From assembly GCA_054661495.1 (NCBI GenBank), contig BAAFSQ010000241.1, positions 1-15,093 of the forward strand: a DNA stretch of 15,093 nucleotides, read 5' to 3'. Position numbers and translations under genes: made by a program. Each line of letters begins with the position of its first letter. The first letter of the stretch is position 1. This document shows positions 12,501-15,093 of this stretch, piece after piece. The DNA is from Zygophlyctis sp. KS116 (Eukaryota > Fungi > Chytridiomycota). The notes beneath the pieces are model-generated. The model was not told where the DNA came from and made no database searches. It was given only the letters and a program-made list of their open reading frames with translations.

Positions 12501-12650
12501 ATCAAAATCAGCAAATAAATCAACAAGTCTTATTCTCATTGCCTTGACATGAGCTCTAAACTTGCTTTCAGCTGCAATCAGTTGCGGACCATTATTTGAC
12601 GACAAGATTCCATCGTTTCCAATATTATTTCCAGCATTATTCGCAATCAT
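9503..12650 (-). CDS. Large tandem EF-hand repeat protein (8 repeats, about 966 aa); candidate axonemal microtubule inner protein, CFAP115/FAP115-like
   Basis: Exons 12650-12326, 12296-12243, 12211-12188, 12162-11707, 11680-10784, 10755-10559, 10530-10162, 10136-10014, 9987-9699, 9669-9503 (2901 nt, divisible by 3); nine introns of 25-31 nt. Eight copies of F.D[FY]D...G.[IV][TS]..QF.R.L, most followed by an [IV].[YW]..F second lobe. The 3' end is uncertain; an extra terminal exon via the acceptor at 9485 is possible. Confidence 0.8.
12188..12211 (-). other. Putative 24-nt micro-exon in the EF-hand gene
   Basis: The roughly 80-nt gap 12242-12163 parses as a 31-nt intron + a stop-free in-frame 24-nt exon (VKDLIKLN) + a 25-nt (or 22-nt) intron. 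Confidence 0.6.
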
Positions 12651-12668
12651 TTTCAGAAATTAAAGAAA

Positions 12669-12689
12669 TGACGTAACGCTCATTACGTC
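12669..12689. promoter_or_regulatory. Inverted pair of CRE/ATF-like sites in a 121-bp divergent intergenic region
   Basis: GACGTAA (12670-12676) and TTACGTC (12683-12689) form a perfect 7-bp inverted repeat with a 6-bp spacer. The left arm reads TGACGTAA, a known bZIP CRE variant. It lies between ATG 12650(-) and ATG 12772(+). Confidence 0.4.
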
Positions 12690-12771
12690 CATACTTGAGC
12701 ACAACTGATTGTACTGTAGAGGGTCTGGTCTGTGAAAAAACCAACGGTTGAATTCGTTTAAAATTGATATT

Positions 12772-13469
12772 ATGGACTATACAGCATCTGTTTTACAAGC
12801 TACTTCTGGATTAATATTTTCGACGTTTAGTTTAGTTCATTTGGGAGGACATTTGTTGAGTCCTTTTAGTTTTTCCTTGTCCGAAACTGCTTTATTTGCT
12901 TCTAGAGAACTTTATCAACGTCCAACTCTTGAACCTCTCTTGATTCTAACTACAATAGTTCATGTCTCATCGAGTATATTCAAATATTCTCGGAGATCAA
13001 AGACTAGTAGTGTTAATGCTATAAAATGGAACAGATATGCTGGAATAATGACTGGAATTTTCCTTTTGCCCCATATGATTGGGACTAGATTAGTTCCAAT
13101 GATTTGTAACTAAATTAAATTTACAAGATAGTATTGGATTCATCTGAAACTGTTGATTTAACTCTAATAACTCACTTTTTAAATCATCATAAAATACTAC
13201 CAAAAATAGTTACGTATGCATTTTATAGTATTGGAACTGGATGTGCTCTATTTCATACATTATATGGAATTCAAAAGTCATTTAACCTTTTGATAAAGAC
13301 TAATCCTTTTGCTATTTTCTCTTTTAAATATTTTAAAACTATTTTATGGGGATGTTGTGCATTAGGATTAATTTCAGTTTTGGCTATTGGTGGTGCGTTT
13401 GAAAATATTGATGAATATAAATTCGCAGTTTGGGAAGAAATGGAAGATAAAATGTTTAGTCTATGGTGA
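12772..13469 (+). CDS. Mcp1/DUF1691-like mitochondrial membrane protein, about 223 aa
   Basis: Exons 12772-13105 and 13132-13469; intron 13106-13131 (26 nt) gives RLVPMIL|LDS. About five hydrophobic helices with His residues (QATSGLIFSTFSLVHLGGH, SRELYQ.P.LE..L..IVHVSS, RYAG..LLPHMIGTRLVP, FY..LFHTLYG), a pattern I recall from fungal Mcp1/DUF1691. Confidence 0.65.
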
Positions 13470-13588
13470 TCTAAAGAGCGCCGAATGATACCATTTAATA
13501 TTAAATTAAATTTTCTGATAATCTCATTTAAATTGAGGCAATCATTCTTAAATCCAGTTATCAATAATTGTGACACTAAAAAACAAAA

Positions 13589-14617
13589 ATGTCGCAAAAG
13601 CTATGGGTTGCGCATGAGACTCCTGCAAAGATATTTGGTCCTACAAGAGTCTCTTTTCAAGACTGTGAATATGTGGATGACTTTAAAGGTAGCATTGAGA
13701 ATATAACTGACTTTCCAGAAGAAATTAAGAAGAAGTTTTCCAACACACTTGGTTCTTTCAACACATCTCATCTCACTCTCTACAACTCTGATGGAACTAC
13801 AGAAATTGGTGTTGGAGACTCTCCTTCTTTATTAGTCGATGGCAATTCTAGAGGAAATCCTCTCATTGTAAAAGTATTTGTTGCTATTAGTGATTCTTCA
13901 TCAGAAACCAGTCTTGAAAGAAAAGCAATGCATCCTAATCGAGTTAAAAGGCAACAAGCTTTAAACGATGTACTGGACAAAAACAGGCATTCCAAAAAGC
14001 GCAAAGGTGCAACAGACGATGACGACGTGTCAACTCCTTACTGCAAAACCACTTGGGACGCTGTTAAAGAGATATTTGACGCTGAAAAGAAGTCATATTA
14101 TGAACCAGTCATGCCTATTCCTGAAGAAACGTTTTCTTTATTGTCAAAGTACTTGACTCTGGTGATGAAATGCTATGGGATGACTTTACTCAGTGGAAAT
14201 GAAGCGAAACGTTTGCACTTGATTGCCCCTGTTATCATGTGCGTTGTATCTTTATTACCCGATGTTGTGGTGAAGGTAGAAGAAGACTTGAATGGGGTCA
14301 ATGTGCATGCTAATGGACACTTTGAATTCATTCTCATCAGAGGCGCCAAACGAATTTGCATAACTCAAGCCAAAGATGAAAAATTCAGACAGGGAATGGC
14401 CCAAAATTTAGTTGGATGTGAAGTTGCTGTTGACCTGGATGGAAGCAATATGGTGTGTGGAATTGTGACAAACTTTGACAAGTGGATATTCATCAGGAGC
14501 AAAGATGAAGAAATCTTAGTTGACGAAAATAATGTCATTGGATTTGAATCAAATGGTGTTCCAACTGAAGCTGAATTGTTGAAAGTGGTTGGCAAATTAT
14601 ATTCTCTCCTACAATGA
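13589..14617 (+). CDS. Crinkler (CRN)-like effector: N-terminal ubiquitin-like header + NLS + restriction-endonuclease-fold C-terminal domain, 342 aa
   Basis: Single intronless ORF. N-terminus KLWV..PTRVSFQDCEYVDDF..LTLY..GNSRGNPLIV resembles chytrid CRN header domains; KKRK lies at 13994-14005. C-terminus NEAKRLHLIAPV..VEEDLNG..ANGHFEFIL.RG.KRICITQAK..QGMAQNLVGCEVA.D..GIVTNF.KW.F matches oomycete/chytrid CRN REase-type domains. Confidence 0.8.
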   Translation: MSQKLWVAHETPAKIFGPTRVSFQDCEYVDDFKGSIENITDFPEEIKKKFSNTLGSFNTSHLTLYNSDGTTEIGVGDSPSLLVDGNSRGNPLIVKVFVAISDSSSETSLERKAMHPNRVKRQQALNDVLDKNRHSKKRKGATDDDDVSTPYCKTTWDAVKEIFDAEKKSYYEPVMPIPEETFSLLSKYLTLVMKCYGMTLLSGNEAKRLHLIAPVIMCVVSLLPDVVVKVEEDLNGVNVHANGHFEFILIRGAKRICITQAKDEKFRQGMAQNLVGCEVAVDLDGSNMVCGIVTNFDKWIFIRSKDEEILVDENNVIGFESNGVPTEAELLKVVGKLYSLLQ

Positions 14618-14915
14618 AAAACCTGAAGTTGTTATTTAGTTTTATATGATATCAGTCAGGACTGTTCTTATTTACAATACAGAAAAGGGTTATAGCTCAT
14701 ATATTGTTGTAAAGCGTTGTTTTGAAATTTGCACAAGGAATGCAACGCTCAACTCTTTCTCTGACAATGGTTTTTAGATGATAAAGATAGTAAGTTTGAC
14801 CTTTAACAAAAACATTTATATCATCCTGATTCTTGTCCAATAGTGTAAATATACTGAGGAATGGTGAACAGTCCCTAACCAGACATGAGAAATGAAGTTT
14901 CAATTGAATTCATTC

Positions 14916-15093
14916 ATGGCGCTTAATACAAAAAAACAATCACAAGATGGCACTGCAAAAGTACTAGAGGAATATCAGGAATCGTTTGGGAAGGAATCAA
15001 GTACAAGTTTTGTTAAACAAGGACAAAAAAAGACTGTAAGAATCAAGATTTCTCTTATCAGTAAAGGGACTTAAGCGGACTAATGTCTTTGGT
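14916..15093 (+). CDS. Probable 5' end of an unknown gene running off the window
   Basis: The ORF from ATG 14916 (or 14892) is followed by a good donor GTAAGA at 15036. Use of the AAG acceptor at 15066 (31-nt intron) continues the frame (KKT|GLKRTNVFG) to the window edge; the nearer CAG at 15061 would give an immediate stop. No recognisable motif. Confidence 0.35.

Noticed and set aside
14697-14903. 68-aa minus-strand ORF as a CRN partner, immunity gene or transposon remnant
   Set aside because: TTG start, no motif, and no terminal repeats or target-site duplication that I could identify.

Overview
Eukaryotic, very AT-rich and extremely compact nuclear DNA, most consistent with a zoosporic (chytrid-like) fungus. 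The lineage is inferred from fungal-type Cce1/Ydc2 and Mcp1, cilium-associated NEK8-like and EF-hand proteins, and a Crinkler gene. The fragmented ORF track is explained by about 30 ultra-short GT-AG introns of 24-34 nt; removing them by hand restores conserved motifs or the reading frame across each junction. Eleven genes can be modelled, plus a probable twelfth at the right edge: a bacterial-type PGM1-like ATP-grasp peptide ligase, Cce1/Ydc2 Holliday-junction resolvase, SRP54, a Tim17/22/23-family membrane protein, a Myb/SANT-like protein, NF-YC/Hap5, a kinase-only NEK8-like protein, an MFSD1-like transporter, an 8-repeat EF-hand protein (CFAP115-like candidate), an Mcp1/DUF1691 protein and an intronless Crinkler-like REase-fold effector. 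Main points of interest: tiny introns in which every 3n intron carries an in-frame stop; 5-, 6- and 24-nt micro-exons; 20-26 bp gaps between tandem genes; touching or overlapping convergent CDSs; a candidate domesticated bacterial peptide ligase; and a CRN with a QAK catalytic motif. Family assignments come from recalled motifs, not from database searches.
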